Source: Alphaproteobacteria bacterium (GTDB lineage Bacteria > Pseudomonadota > Alphaproteobacteria > UBA828). From it: a stretch of 64,000 bases of DNA. The notes beneath the pieces were generated by a model. The model did not search any database. It was not told the origin of the DNA and was given only the letters and a program-made list of their open reading frames with translations. Where the stretch lies: positions 1,472,001 to 1,536,000 of the forward strand of contig CBDEFM010000002.1 of NCBI GenBank assembly GCA_965237415.1, written 5' to 3'. Of the stretch, positions 10,138 through 18,710 are shown piece after piece. Each line of letters starts with the position of its first letter. Positions within the stretch are counted from its first letter, which is position 1. The translations under genes and the position numbers were made by a program.

Positions 10138-10941
10138 GTGCGGGATAGTGTGAGCGACCGGCGGCCGCGCCGGTCAGCGGCGCTTCGGGCGCTTTGGCTG
10201 GCGCTCGCCGGGCTCCTCGTCTGCACATGGACGGGGCCGGCGGCGGCCGAGCGCGTGGTCATCCTCGCGGCCGCGAGCAGCGCTCACGCGATCGACGAGG
10301 CGATCGGGCTGTTCGAGGCCGGGCCCGAGGACCGCGTGGTCGCCTCCTACGCCGGGACCTCGGCGCTGGCGCGGCAGATCGAGAGCGGCGCACCGGCCGA
10401 TATCTTCCTCGCGGCCAACGCGGCATGGATGGACCATGTGGAGGCCCTGGGCCTGATCGAGCCCGGCAGCCGGCAGGCGCTCGCGGGCAATCGCCTGGTG
10501 TTCGTCTCGGGGGACAGCGGCATGGCACCGTTCGAGCCGTCCGCAGCACTCGATCTCGGGGCGCTGCTGGCCGGCGGGCGGCTCGCCATCGGCAATCCCG
10601 ACCACGTGCCGGCCGGCATTTACGCGCGCCAGGCGCTCGAAGCGCTCGGCCTCTGGCCCGAAGCGAAAGACCGCCTCGCGCCGGCAGCCGATGTGCGGGC
10701 GGCGCTCGCGCTGGTGGCACGGGGCGAAGCGCCGCTCGGCATCGTCTACGCGACCGACGCCATCCGCGTGCCGGACATCCACGTGGTCGCGCCGGTTCCG
10801 GCATCGCTGCACGAGCCGATCGTCTACCCGGTCGCCCTCATCGCGGGCCGCGCCTCGCCGCTCGCGGCGCGCTTCTTCGCCTTCCTGACCGGGCCGGAGG
10901 GGCGAGCCGCATTCGCCCGCGCCGGCTTCGTCGTCGATTGA
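10138..10941 (+). CDS. modA: Molybdate ABC substrate-binding protein
   Basis: AAASS, SYAGTSALARQIESGAPADIFLAAN, HVPAGIYA, GIVYATDA. Start could be GTG 10138 or GTG 10150. Confidence 0.93.
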   Translation: MRDSVSDRRPRRSAALRALWLALAGLLVCTWTGPAAAERVVILAAASSAHAIDEAIGLFEAGPEDRVVASYAGTSALARQIESGAPADIFLAANAAWMDHVEALGLIEPGSRQALAGNRLVFVSGDSGMAPFEPSAALDLGALLAGGRLAIGNPDHVPAGIYARQALEALGLWPEAKDRLAPAADVRAALALVARGEAPLGIVYATDAIRVPDIHVVAPVPASLHEPIVYPVALIAGRASPLAARFFAFLTGPEGRAAFARAGFVVD

Positions 10942-10945
10942 GGCC

Positions 10946-11635
10946 ATGTCGCTGACGCCGCTGGAGGTCGAGGCGATCATGCTCAGCCTGCGGGTGGCGG
11001 GCTGGGCGGTTCTGATCAGCCTGCCTTTGGGCATCGCCGTCGCCTGGCTGCTCGCCCGGTATCGCTTCCCCGGCTGGGCGGTGGTCAACGGCCTGGTGCA
11101 CCTGCCCCTGGTGCTGCCGCCGGTGGTGGTGGGCTTCGTGCTGCTGCTGCTGCTCGGCCGGCAAGGGCCGCTCGGCGCCTGGCTCGACGACTGGTTCGGC
11201 ATCACCCTCGCCTTCACCTGGCAGGGTGCGGCGGTGGCTTCGGCCGTGGTCTCCTTCCCGCTCATGGTGCGCGCGATCCGGCTCTCGATCGAAGGCATGG
11301 ACCGGCGCCTGGAGACCGCCGCTCGCACGCTGGGCGCGCCGCCTGTCTGGGTGTTCGCGAGCATCAGCCTGCCGCTGATGGCACCCGGCGTGCTGACCGG
11401 CGCCATCCTGGCCTTCGCCCGTTGCCTCGGCGAGTTCGGCGCGACCATCACCTTCGTCTCCAACATCCCCGGCGAGACCCGGACGCTGCCGCTGGCGCTC
11501 TACACCTACACCCAGGTGCCGGGCGGGCTGGACGGCGCCTTTCGCCTGATGGCGATCGCCATCGTCATCGCCTTCGCCGCGCTCGTGGGCTCCGAGCTTC
11601 TCGCGCGCGTCCTCAGACGCCGGCTGGAGGGGTAA
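10946..11635 (+). CDS. modB: Molybdate ABC permease
   Basis: HLPLVLPPVVVG, FARCLGEFGATITF, NIPGETRTLPL. Confidence 0.95.
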   Translation: MSLTPLEVEAIMLSLRVAGWAVLISLPLGIAVAWLLARYRFPGWAVVNGLVHLPLVLPPVVVGFVLLLLLGRQGPLGAWLDDWFGITLAFTWQGAAVASAVVSFPLMVRAIRLSIEGMDRRLETAARTLGAPPVWVFASISLPLMAPGVLTGAILAFARCLGEFGATITFVSNIPGETRTLPLALYTYTQVPGGLDGAFRLMAIAIVIAFAALVGSELLARVLRRRLEG

Positions 11636-12738
11636 TGCTGACGGTCAGCGCGCGCCTCACCCGCGGCGCCTTCACGCTCGATGCAGCCTTCGGCGCCGAA
11701 GCCGACGGCGTCGTCGCGCTGTTCGGAGCCTCAGGCGCCGGCAAGACCACCCTCGCCGACGCCATAGCCGGCCTCGTGCGGCCCGAGGCGGGGCGGATCG
11801 TGCTCGAAGACCGCGTGCTCTTCGATTCGGAGGCCGGAATCGACCTGAGGCCCGAGCGCCGCCGGATCGGCTACGTGTTCCAGGACGGGCGGCTCTTCCC
11901 CCATCTCAGCGTGCGTCGCAACCTGCTCTACGGGCATCGCTTCGCGCCGAGGGAGGGGCACTATGCCACGCTCGAGAGGATCGTGACGCTGCTCGGCCTG
12001 GAGGCGCTCTTGCACCGCAGGCCCGGCACCCTCTCGGGCGGCGAGCGCCAGCGCGTGGCGCTGGGGCGCGCGCTCATGGCCCAGCCGGAGCTGCTGCTCA
12101 TGGACGAGCCGCTGGCCGCGCTCGACGTGCCCCGCAAGGCCCAGGTCATCGACTATATCGAGCGGCTGCGCGACGAGATCGGCGTACCCATCGTCTTCGT
12201 CAGCCACGCTGTGGACGAGGTGGCGCGGCTCGCCGGAACCATCGTCGTCATGGCGGGCGGCAGGGTCGCGGCGGCGGGCCCGGCCGCCGAAGTCATGGCG
12301 CGGCTCGACCTCGACCCGCTGGCCGGGATCGAGGCCGCCGGCGCGGTGCTGGACGCGACCGTGCAGCGCCACGACACGGCCTATGGACTCACCGAACTGG
12401 CGGTGCCGGGCGGCATCCTCCGCGTGCCGCGGCTCAGGCTCGCGCCGGGGCGGCAGCTCAGGGTCCGCGTGCGGGCGCGGGACGTGTCTCTCGCGACGGC
12501 GGAGCCGCGGGAGACGAGCGTCCTCAACGTCTTTCGCGGCCGGGTCGTCGAAATCGGCCCGCGCCGCGGCGCCTCGGTCGACGTTGCGGTCGATATCGGC
12601 GCCCGGCTCACCGCACGGATCACGGCACGCTCCGCCGATGCCCTCGGTCTCGCTCCCGGCAAGGAGGTCTACGCGCTCATCAAGAGCGTCGCGGTCGATC
12701 CCGCCTCCCTGGTGCAGGCGGAACAGGACGAGGCCTGA
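11635..12738 (+). CDS. modC: Molybdate ABC ATP-binding protein
   Basis: TAATG overlap with modB; GASGAGKTT, YVFQDGRLFPHL, LSGGERQR, C-terminal TOBE (VYALIKSVAV). Confidence 0.95.
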   Translation: MLTVSARLTRGAFTLDAAFGAEADGVVALFGASGAGKTTLADAIAGLVRPEAGRIVLEDRVLFDSEAGIDLRPERRRIGYVFQDGRLFPHLSVRRNLLYGHRFAPREGHYATLERIVTLLGLEALLHRRPGTLSGGERQRVALGRALMAQPELLLMDEPLAALDVPRKAQVIDYIERLRDEIGVPIVFVSHAVDEVARLAGTIVVMAGGRVAAAGPAAEVMARLDLDPLAGIEAAGAVLDATVQRHDTAYGLTELAVPGGILRVPRLRLAPGRQLRVRVRARDVSLATAEPRETSVLNVFRGRVVEIGPRRGASVDVAVDIGARLTARITARSADALGLAPGKEVYALIKSVAVDPASLVQAEQDEA

Positions 12739-12766
12739 CCCGGGATTGGGCGGAAGCGCCGAATCG

Positions 12767-13025
12767 TCAGGCCCAAACCTCGCCCGCGGCAGGTTCGCGG
12801 ACCTGGCGCCGTGGCGCCCCTTCGAGCCCGACGACATGCGGAACGGCAATCGTCTCATTGTCGGGCAGTGGCGCCTTCCGCGTCGCCTCCGCGTGTTGAG
12901 CGATGCTGGCGAGGCCCTTCAGCTTGTCGCTCCCCGGGAGCGCAGTCAGATCGCTGCCGTAGTACTCGAACCAGGGAAGACCGTGCTCCGTGTACGCCGC
13001 CGCTGTGGGCGGCTCGGTCGGCGGG
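12767..13025 (-). pseudogene. 3' remnant of a conserved hypothetical protein
   Basis: PPTEPPTAAAYTEHGLPWFEYY...ALPGSDKLKGLASI...PLPDNE reads as the C-terminus of a larger protein; no credible start. Confidence 0.5.
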
Positions 13026-13157
13026 GAGGGCCAGTTGGAGCTTACAGGCAGCACCGGGGTCTATGTCGGGCTGGCAGGGCGTTGCACATACGAGACCGAG
13101 TACCTGGCGAACAACCAGGTCATCACGACCACGGACCGCACCTGGCAGAGGGAGTGA
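13023..13157 (+). pseudogene. 3' remnant of a hypothetical beta-rich protein
   Basis: Frame reads GEGQLELTGSTGVYVGLAGRCTYETEYLANNQVITTTDRTWQRE* with coding-like codons and no clear 5' part. Confidence 0.4.
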
Positions 13158-13270
13158 TTCCGGCGAGCCGACGCACCCCTGTCGCGAGGTGCAAGCCCGC
13201 GCGCGGACTTGCACCGGGGCCGCCAACCTGCGACGCTTCGCGGCGGATAATCCTTGCGGCGGAGGGGGCC

Positions 13271-13552
13271 ATGGGCGCGGCGACGCCAACCCAGTTGATC
13301 GATAATGAGCGCGTGCGCGTTACCGAGTGGCGCTTCAAGCCCGGCGAGGCCACGGGATGGCACCGGCACGCGTTCGACTATGTGGTGGTGCCGGTGACGA
13401 CCGGGCAGCTCCACCTCAAGGAGCCCGACGGCGAGCGCACCATCGATATCGTGACCGGCACCCCCTATTTTCGAGAGGAAGGGGTCGAGCACGACGTCAT
13501 CAACCCGAGCGATACCGACGACGTCATCTTCATCGAAGTCGAGATGAAATAG
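13271..13552 (+). CDS. Small cupin (BauB-like)
   Basis: RBS GGAGGGGG; DNERVRVTEWRF, TGWHRHAFDYVVVP, GVEHDVIN. Confidence 0.88.
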   Translation: MGAATPTQLIDNERVRVTEWRFKPGEATGWHRHAFDYVVVPVTTGQLHLKEPDGERTIDIVTGTPYFREEGVEHDVINPSDTDDVIFIEVEMK

Positions 13553-13601
13553 CGCGCCGGCACGTCGCAGCACGACCCGACGCGGCCGGAGAGCCGGGTC
13601 G

Positions 13602-13630
13602 GCGTCAACGAATCGTCACATTTCCGTATT
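13602..13630 (+). promoter_or_regulatory. Putative Pho box (three half-sites)
   Basis: GCGTCAA-N4-TCGTCAC-N4-CCGTATT with 11-bp periodicity, about 105 bp upstream of pstS; resembles CTGTCAT-N4-CTGTCAT. Confidence 0.6.
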
Positions 13631-13733
13631 ATTTCCATCTTGGCCCGGCGTTAGCGTTTGCGCGTCATCCCGGGTGGCCACGCGGGCGCGTGTCCGTAGC
13701 CGGCGGGATGCGAGCAAACCCGGAGGAAGCGCC

Positions 13734-14780
13734 GTGACCAAGACACCCCTCGCCATCGCCGCGGCGGCAGCTCTTGCGCTGACCGCGTCCGTTGCGCTGA
13801 CCGACGCCGCGGAGGCCCGCGATCAGATCAGGATCGTGGGCTCGTCCACAGTTTTCCCCTTCGCCGCCGTCGTCGCCGAGGAATTCGGCAAGACCACGGA
13901 CAACAAGACGCCGGTGGTCGAGAGCACGGGCTCCGGCGGCGGGCTCAAGCTCTTCTGCGCCGGCGTCGGCGTCAATCATCCCGACATCACCAACGCCTCG
14001 CGAAGGATCAAGTTGTCCGAGGTCGATCGCTGCGCCGAAAACGGGGTGACCGACATCACCGAGGTCAAGTTCGGCTTCGACGGGATCGTGCTCGCCAACT
14101 CGAAGGCGATCGAGCCGTTCTCGATCACCCTGCAGCAGCTCTTCCTCGCGCTGGCCAAGGACGTGCCTTCGGACGGCGGGATTGTGGCGAATCCCAATCA
14201 GACCTGGGCCGACGTCGACGCGTCGCTGCCGGCGGTCAATATCGAGGTGCTCGGCCCGCCGCCGACCTCGGGCACGCGCGACGCCTTCGTCGAGCTCGCC
14301 ATGGAGGGCGGCTGCAAGACCTTCCCCGACATCGAGGCGCTCAAGAAGCGGGATAAGAAGGCATACAAGGTCCTCTGCCACTCGATCCGCGAGGACGGGG
14401 CCTTCGTCGAGGCTGGCGAGAACGACAACCTCATCGTCCAGAAGCTGAAGGCGAACCCCGGCGCGCTCGGGATCTTCGGCTACAGCTTCCTCGACCAGAA
14501 CCGCGACAAGGTGCAGGGCAGCACCATCAACGGCATCGCGCCCGACTTCGACACCATCGCCGACGGCAGCTATCCGGTCTCCCGCTCCATGTACTTCTAC
14601 GTCAAGAAGGCGCATGTGGGCGTGATCCCCGGAATTGAGGAGTATATCGCCACATTCACGGACGAGGACGCCTGGGGACCCTACGGCTACCTCGCCGACA
14701 AGGGGCTGATCCCGCTCCCCGATGCGGATCGCGAGGCCATGCGTACGCAGGCCACCGCGTTCGCCCAACTCTCCATGTAA
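13734..14780 (+). CDS. pstS: Phosphate ABC substrate-binding protein (alphaproteobacterial PstS type)
   Basis: RBS GGAGG and GTG; ARDQIRIVGSSTVFPF, ESTGSGGG, GPPPTSGTRDAF, YPVSRSMYFYVK. Confidence 0.93.
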   Translation: MTKTPLAIAAAAALALTASVALTDAAEARDQIRIVGSSTVFPFAAVVAEEFGKTTDNKTPVVESTGSGGGLKLFCAGVGVNHPDITNASRRIKLSEVDRCAENGVTDITEVKFGFDGIVLANSKAIEPFSITLQQLFLALAKDVPSDGGIVANPNQTWADVDASLPAVNIEVLGPPPTSGTRDAFVELAMEGGCKTFPDIEALKKRDKKAYKVLCHSIREDGAFVEAGENDNLIVQKLKANPGALGIFGYSFLDQNRDKVQGSTINGIAPDFDTIADGSYPVSRSMYFYVKKAHVGVIPGIEEYIATFTDEDAWGPYGYLADKGLIPLPDADREAMRTQATAFAQLSM

Positions 14781-14815
14781 CAGGGCTCATCGCAAGACCC
14801 TGACAATATGTCGCC

Positions 14816-14857
14816 GTGGCGCCCGTTTCTTGCCGGGAACGGGCGCCGCGTTCGTTT
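14816..14857 (+). terminator. Hairpin downstream of pstS
   Basis: GGCGCCCGTT...AACGGGCGCC stem followed by GTTCGTTT. Confidence 0.55.
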
Positions 14858-14908
14858 GGCGCTGCAAATCCAAAGCCCATAACAGGGAGAGCGACAGGAG
14901 CATGTGCA

Positions 14909-15079
14909 GTGACGGATAACCCGCTCATTCTCGTGATCGAAGACGAAGCCTCGCTGACGACCCTGCTCCGCTACAACCTCGAGAGTCACGGGTTCCGTGT
15001 CGTCTCGGTCGAGAACGGCGACGGAGAGGACGATGTGATACGGACGGTGCGCTCGGCAGGCTACGCCTTCGTCAGCTAG
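14909..15079 (+). pseudogene. phoB: phoB remnant with a large in-frame internal deletion (56 aa)
   Basis: N-terminal PLILVIEDEASLTTLLRYNLESHGFRV is joined directly to the C-terminal GEDDVIRTVRSAGY; RBS AGGAG upstream. Confidence 0.8.
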
Positions 15080-15088
15080 CCCGACGCG

Positions 15089-15712
15089 TTAGCCGAACTG
15101 CGGCACCGTCTCGACCGCGCTCTCGCGCTCGTCGATGGCGACCTGCCAGCGGGCGATGTTGGCTCGGGGCGCAAGCAGGCTCTCGCCCTCCGGCGTCATC
15201 TTCAGATAGTGAAGCACGGGCAGCACCATGTAGTCGGCGAGCGACGCTTCGTCGCCGGCGAAGTGGACCTCGCCCTCGAGTGCGCCGTCGAGCGCGACGA
15301 GCGCTTTGTCGGACTTGGGCACGCTGCTCGCGACCAACGCCTCGTCGGGCTCACCGCCCTGCGCGGGGACAACCAGGCGCTGCAGCACGATGTCGATCGC
15401 CGGCCGGTAGAGATACTGGATGAAGACCGATGTCCACTGCCAGCAGCGGGCGTTGGCGAGGGGATCGGCCGGTTGCAGAGGCGGCCCGTCGAACGCGTGG
15501 TCGATGTAGTTGCAGATCGCCAGTGACTCGTACATGCGTACATCGCCGTGGGTCATGGCCGGCACCGAGCCCCAGGGCTGCATTGCCTTCTGCTCCGGCG
15601 ACTGCGGTGCGAGCGGATCGAGCTCGTATGGCACCCCCTTCTCCATGCACGCCATCCGGCAGGTGCGGACATACGTGCTCAGCGGTGTGCCATGGATAAC
15701 CAGTGTCGCCAT
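15089..15712 (-). CDS. Glutathione S-transferase family protein
   Basis: STYVRTCRMACMEKGVPYE, PWGSVPAM, YESLAICNYID, SLADYM. Confidence 0.92.
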   Translation of the reverse strand: MATLVIHGTPLSTYVRTCRMACMEKGVPYELDPLAPQSPEQKAMQPWGSVPAMTHGDVRMYESLAICNYIDHAFDGPPLQPADPLANARCWQWTSVFIQYLYRPAIDIVLQRLVVPAQGGEPDEALVASSVPKSDKALVALDGALEGEVHFAGDEASLADYMVLPVLHYLKMTPEGESLLAPRANIARWQVAIDERESAVETVPQFG

Positions 15713-15895
15713 CGTTCACTCCTTTATTCTGGTGGCGGCAGGCCCTGCCCACCCCGATCAACCGCTTATCTTGCACATCCTGCCCCTGGACTGCACCGGT
15801 AACGCATCGGGAACCGTGACACCGGTGTAAGTTGTTCGCCTGCCGGGCGCTGACTATGCTCACGGCGAAAGAGCGAGGCAGCGCGGAGGTGCGGC

Positions 15896-18148
15896 ATGCT
15901 GACCATCACCGGCTATTCCGACCGAATCAGCGTCCGGCCGGGCGAGACCATCAAGTTCATGGTCAATTGCGAGCATCCGACCTATCAGGCGGACATCGTG
16001 CGCCTGATCTGCGCCGACAACACGCCCTCCGGCCCGGGATTCAAGGAGAAACTGGTCAGCTCGCCGGTGAGCAAGCGGCGCAAGGGGCGCCGTCAGGCCA
16101 TCCACGCGGGCTCCTACGCCATGGTAGAGAGCCGGCGGCTGCTGGAGACGCTTGGCAGCTTCACCGTTCAGGCGATGATCTGGCCGACAACGCCCGGCAA
16201 GGGCGAGCAAGGCATCGTCACCAAGTGGGACCCGCGTAGCCGCACCGGCTTCGCGCTTGTCATCGACGATGCTGGCTCTGTCACGCTCAGACTCGGCAAG
16301 GCGGACGGCACGGTGGAGGCGGTGTCGGTCGGCAAGCCGCTGCTCGAGCGCCACTGGTACCTCGCGGCTGCCAGCTACGACGCCGAATCGGGCAGGGTCA
16401 CGGTCCATCAGGAGCCGCTCCTGCCTTACGCGCGGGCGAACGACGGCGGCACGGCGAAGCGCACGTTGGGGCCCGCTGCAGCCAACACCAACGCACCCAT
16501 CGTCATGGCCGGCATCTTCAAGCGGCGGCAGAAGGGGCGTGTGCTGGTGGACGGCCTCTACAACGGAAAGATCGACTCGCCCCGGCTGGTCGGCCGCGCA
16601 CTGGACCGGCTGGAGATCGAGCGCATGAGGAACGAGGCGATCCCCGCCACCATCGCGCCTGACATCCTCTGCGCCTGGGATTTTTCGCGCGACATCACGT
16701 CCATCAAGATTTCCGATCGCTCCCCGCATCACTTCGACGGCGAGATCGTCAACCTGCCTGCACGCGGCATGACCGGCTGGAATTTTTCTGGCGAAGAGAT
16801 GTGCTGGCGCCACGCCCGGCACGAATATGGGGCCATTCACTTCCACGACGACGATCTTTACGACGCAGACTGGGATGTGGACTTCGAATGGACCGTGCCG
16901 GCACGCGTGGCGAGCGGGGTCTATGCGGCGCGGCTCCGGGCCAAGGGCGCCGAGGAATACGTGCCCTTCGTGGTGTTGCCTTCACCGGGCAAGGCGGCGC
17001 GCATCGCATTCCTGCTGCCGACCGTCGAGTACATGGCCTATGCCAACGAGCATCTGGCCTTCGACGGCCCGCTTGGCGAGCTCCTCACCGGGCAGATCCC
17101 GACGCTGAACGCGAACCAACTCTTCCTCAACGAGCATCGGGAATACGGCGCCTCGCTCTATGACACCCATTCGGACGGCAGCGGCGTCTGCTATTCGTCG
17201 CGGCTGCGCCCGATCCTCAACATGCGGCCGAAGGTGGAGACGCCCTGGTCCTGCGCCGGCGAGGACGCGACCAACGCGCGCGAGTTCATCCTCGACATGT
17301 ACGTGGTCGACTGGCTCACCCACTTCGGGTTCGACCACGACGTCATCACCGATGAGGATGTCCACCGCGAGGGCATCGACCTGCTCAAGCCCTATCATGT
17401 GCTGATTACCGGCGGTCACCCGGAGTACTACTCCAAGGCCATGCGGGACGCCGTCCACGGCTTCACCCAGCAGGGCGGCCGGCTGATGTATTTGGGCGGC
17501 AACGGCTTCTACTGGCGCGTCGCGATGCACAGGGAGGTGCCGGGGGTGATCGAGGTGCGCCGCTGCGAGGCCGCCATCCGCACCTGGGAGGCAGACCCTG
17601 GCGAGTACTACCACAGCTTCACAGGCGAGTACGGCGGGATCTGGCGCCATCAGGGCGACACCGCGCCGCAGCGGTTGGCCGGCGTCGGTTTCGTCGCCGA
17701 AGGGTTCGACAAGTCCTCCTACTACCGGCGCATGCCGGGCAGCTTCGACCCCCGCTCACGCTTCATCTTCGAGGGGATCGGCGAGGACGAGCTGATCGGC
17801 GATTTCGGCTATCACGGCGAGGGCGCGGCCGGCAACGAGCTGGATGCCACCGATCCGCGCCTGGGCACGCCCCCGCACGCGCTGGTCCTCGCGCGTTCGG
17901 AGAACCACACCGACCTCTATCTGGTGGTAAACGAGGAGGTGCTTGTGAATCACTCCGGGCTCGGTGGCACCGAGCACGAGAAGGTCAAGGCCGACATGGT
18001 CTTCTACGAAACGCCGAACGGCGGCGCAGTGTTCTCGGTCGGCTCGATCTGCTACCCGGCGAGCCTGCCGTGGAACGGGTATGACAACAACATCGCCCGG
18101 CTCACCACCAACGTGCTCCGCCGCTTCGCCGACCCAACACCGTTCTGA
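15896..18148 (+). CDS. N,N-dimethylformamidase beta (large) subunit family protein
   Basis: ITGYSDRISVRPGETIKFMV, LamG-like region, YGAIHFHDDDL, YMAYANEH, SLYDTHSDGSG, HPEYYS, YLGGNGFYW, GAVFSVGSI. Confidence 0.9.
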   Translation: MLTITGYSDRISVRPGETIKFMVNCEHPTYQADIVRLICADNTPSGPGFKEKLVSSPVSKRRKGRRQAIHAGSYAMVESRRLLETLGSFTVQAMIWPTTPGKGEQGIVTKWDPRSRTGFALVIDDAGSVTLRLGKADGTVEAVSVGKPLLERHWYLAAASYDAESGRVTVHQEPLLPYARANDGGTAKRTLGPAAANTNAPIVMAGIFKRRQKGRVLVDGLYNGKIDSPRLVGRALDRLEIERMRNEAIPATIAPDILCAWDFSRDITSIKISDRSPHHFDGEIVNLPARGMTGWNFSGEEMCWRHARHEYGAIHFHDDDLYDADWDVDFEWTVPARVASGVYAARLRAKGAEEYVPFVVLPSPGKAARIAFLLPTVEYMAYANEHLAFDGPLGELLTGQIPTLNANQLFLNEHREYGASLYDTHSDGSGVCYSSRLRPILNMRPKVETPWSCAGEDATNAREFILDMYVVDWLTHFGFDHDVITDEDVHREGIDLLKPYHVLITGGHPEYYSKAMRDAVHGFTQQGGRLMYLGGNGFYWRVAMHREVPGVIEVRRCEAAIRTWEADPGEYYHSFTGEYGGIWRHQGDTAPQRLAGVGFVAEGFDKSSYYRRMPGSFDPRSRFIFEGIGEDELIGDFGYHGEGAAGNELDATDPRLGTPPHALVLARSENHTDLYLVVNEEVLVNHSGLGGTEHEKVKADMVFYETPNGGAVFSVGSICYPASLPWNGYDNNIARLTTNVLRRFADPTPF

Positions 18149-18159
18149 GGACCGTTGCC

Positions 18160-18702
18160 ATGCCAGGTTATGTGATCGCCGATGTGACCGTGACCGATCC
18201 TGAGACCTATTCCGGCTACCGGGCACTGACGCCGGGTACGATCCAGGCCTTCGACGGGCGCTTCCTCGTAAGAGGCGGCGACTACGAGGTCATCGCCGGC
18301 GCGTGGACACCGGGGCGCCTGGTGCTGCTGGAATTCGATAGCCCGGCGCGGGCCGCCGCGTGGTACGACTCGCCGGCTTATGTGGAGGCGCGCGCCATCC
18401 GCCAGAGTGCCTCGACCGGCAACATGGTCCATCTCGAAGGCGACGGCGCCGCGCGCGGAGGCGGCAGCTTCTATCTCATCGTCCGCCATCGGGCCGGCGG
18501 AGCCGACACCAACCTCGCCAGCGCCGCCCACACCGGGCGGATTCTGGCAGGCGGCAGCGCGCCCACGGTCAAGGAAGGCAGGTGGCCCGACGGGCAGTTG
18601 TCGGTGATCGAGTTCGACGACCGTGCGGCGGCGACGGCCTGGTGCGAGTCTGAAGGCATCCGGCAGGTGGGGGGTGAGGCCGTACTGGTCGAGGGTGCCT
18701 GA
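18160..18702 (+). CDS. DUF1330 family protein (one clear domain and one degenerate tandem copy)
   Basis: GYVIADVTVTDPETY, GRFLVRGG, LLEFDSPARAAAWYDSPAY; second half has EGRWP...VIEFDD. Confidence 0.82.
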   Translation: MPGYVIADVTVTDPETYSGYRALTPGTIQAFDGRFLVRGGDYEVIAGAWTPGRLVLLEFDSPARAAAWYDSPAYVEARAIRQSASTGNMVHLEGDGAARGGGSFYLIVRHRAGGADTNLASAAHTGRILAGGSAPTVKEGRWPDGQLSVIEFDDRAAATAWCESEGIRQVGGEAVLVEGA

Positions 18703-18710
18703 CCCTTTCG

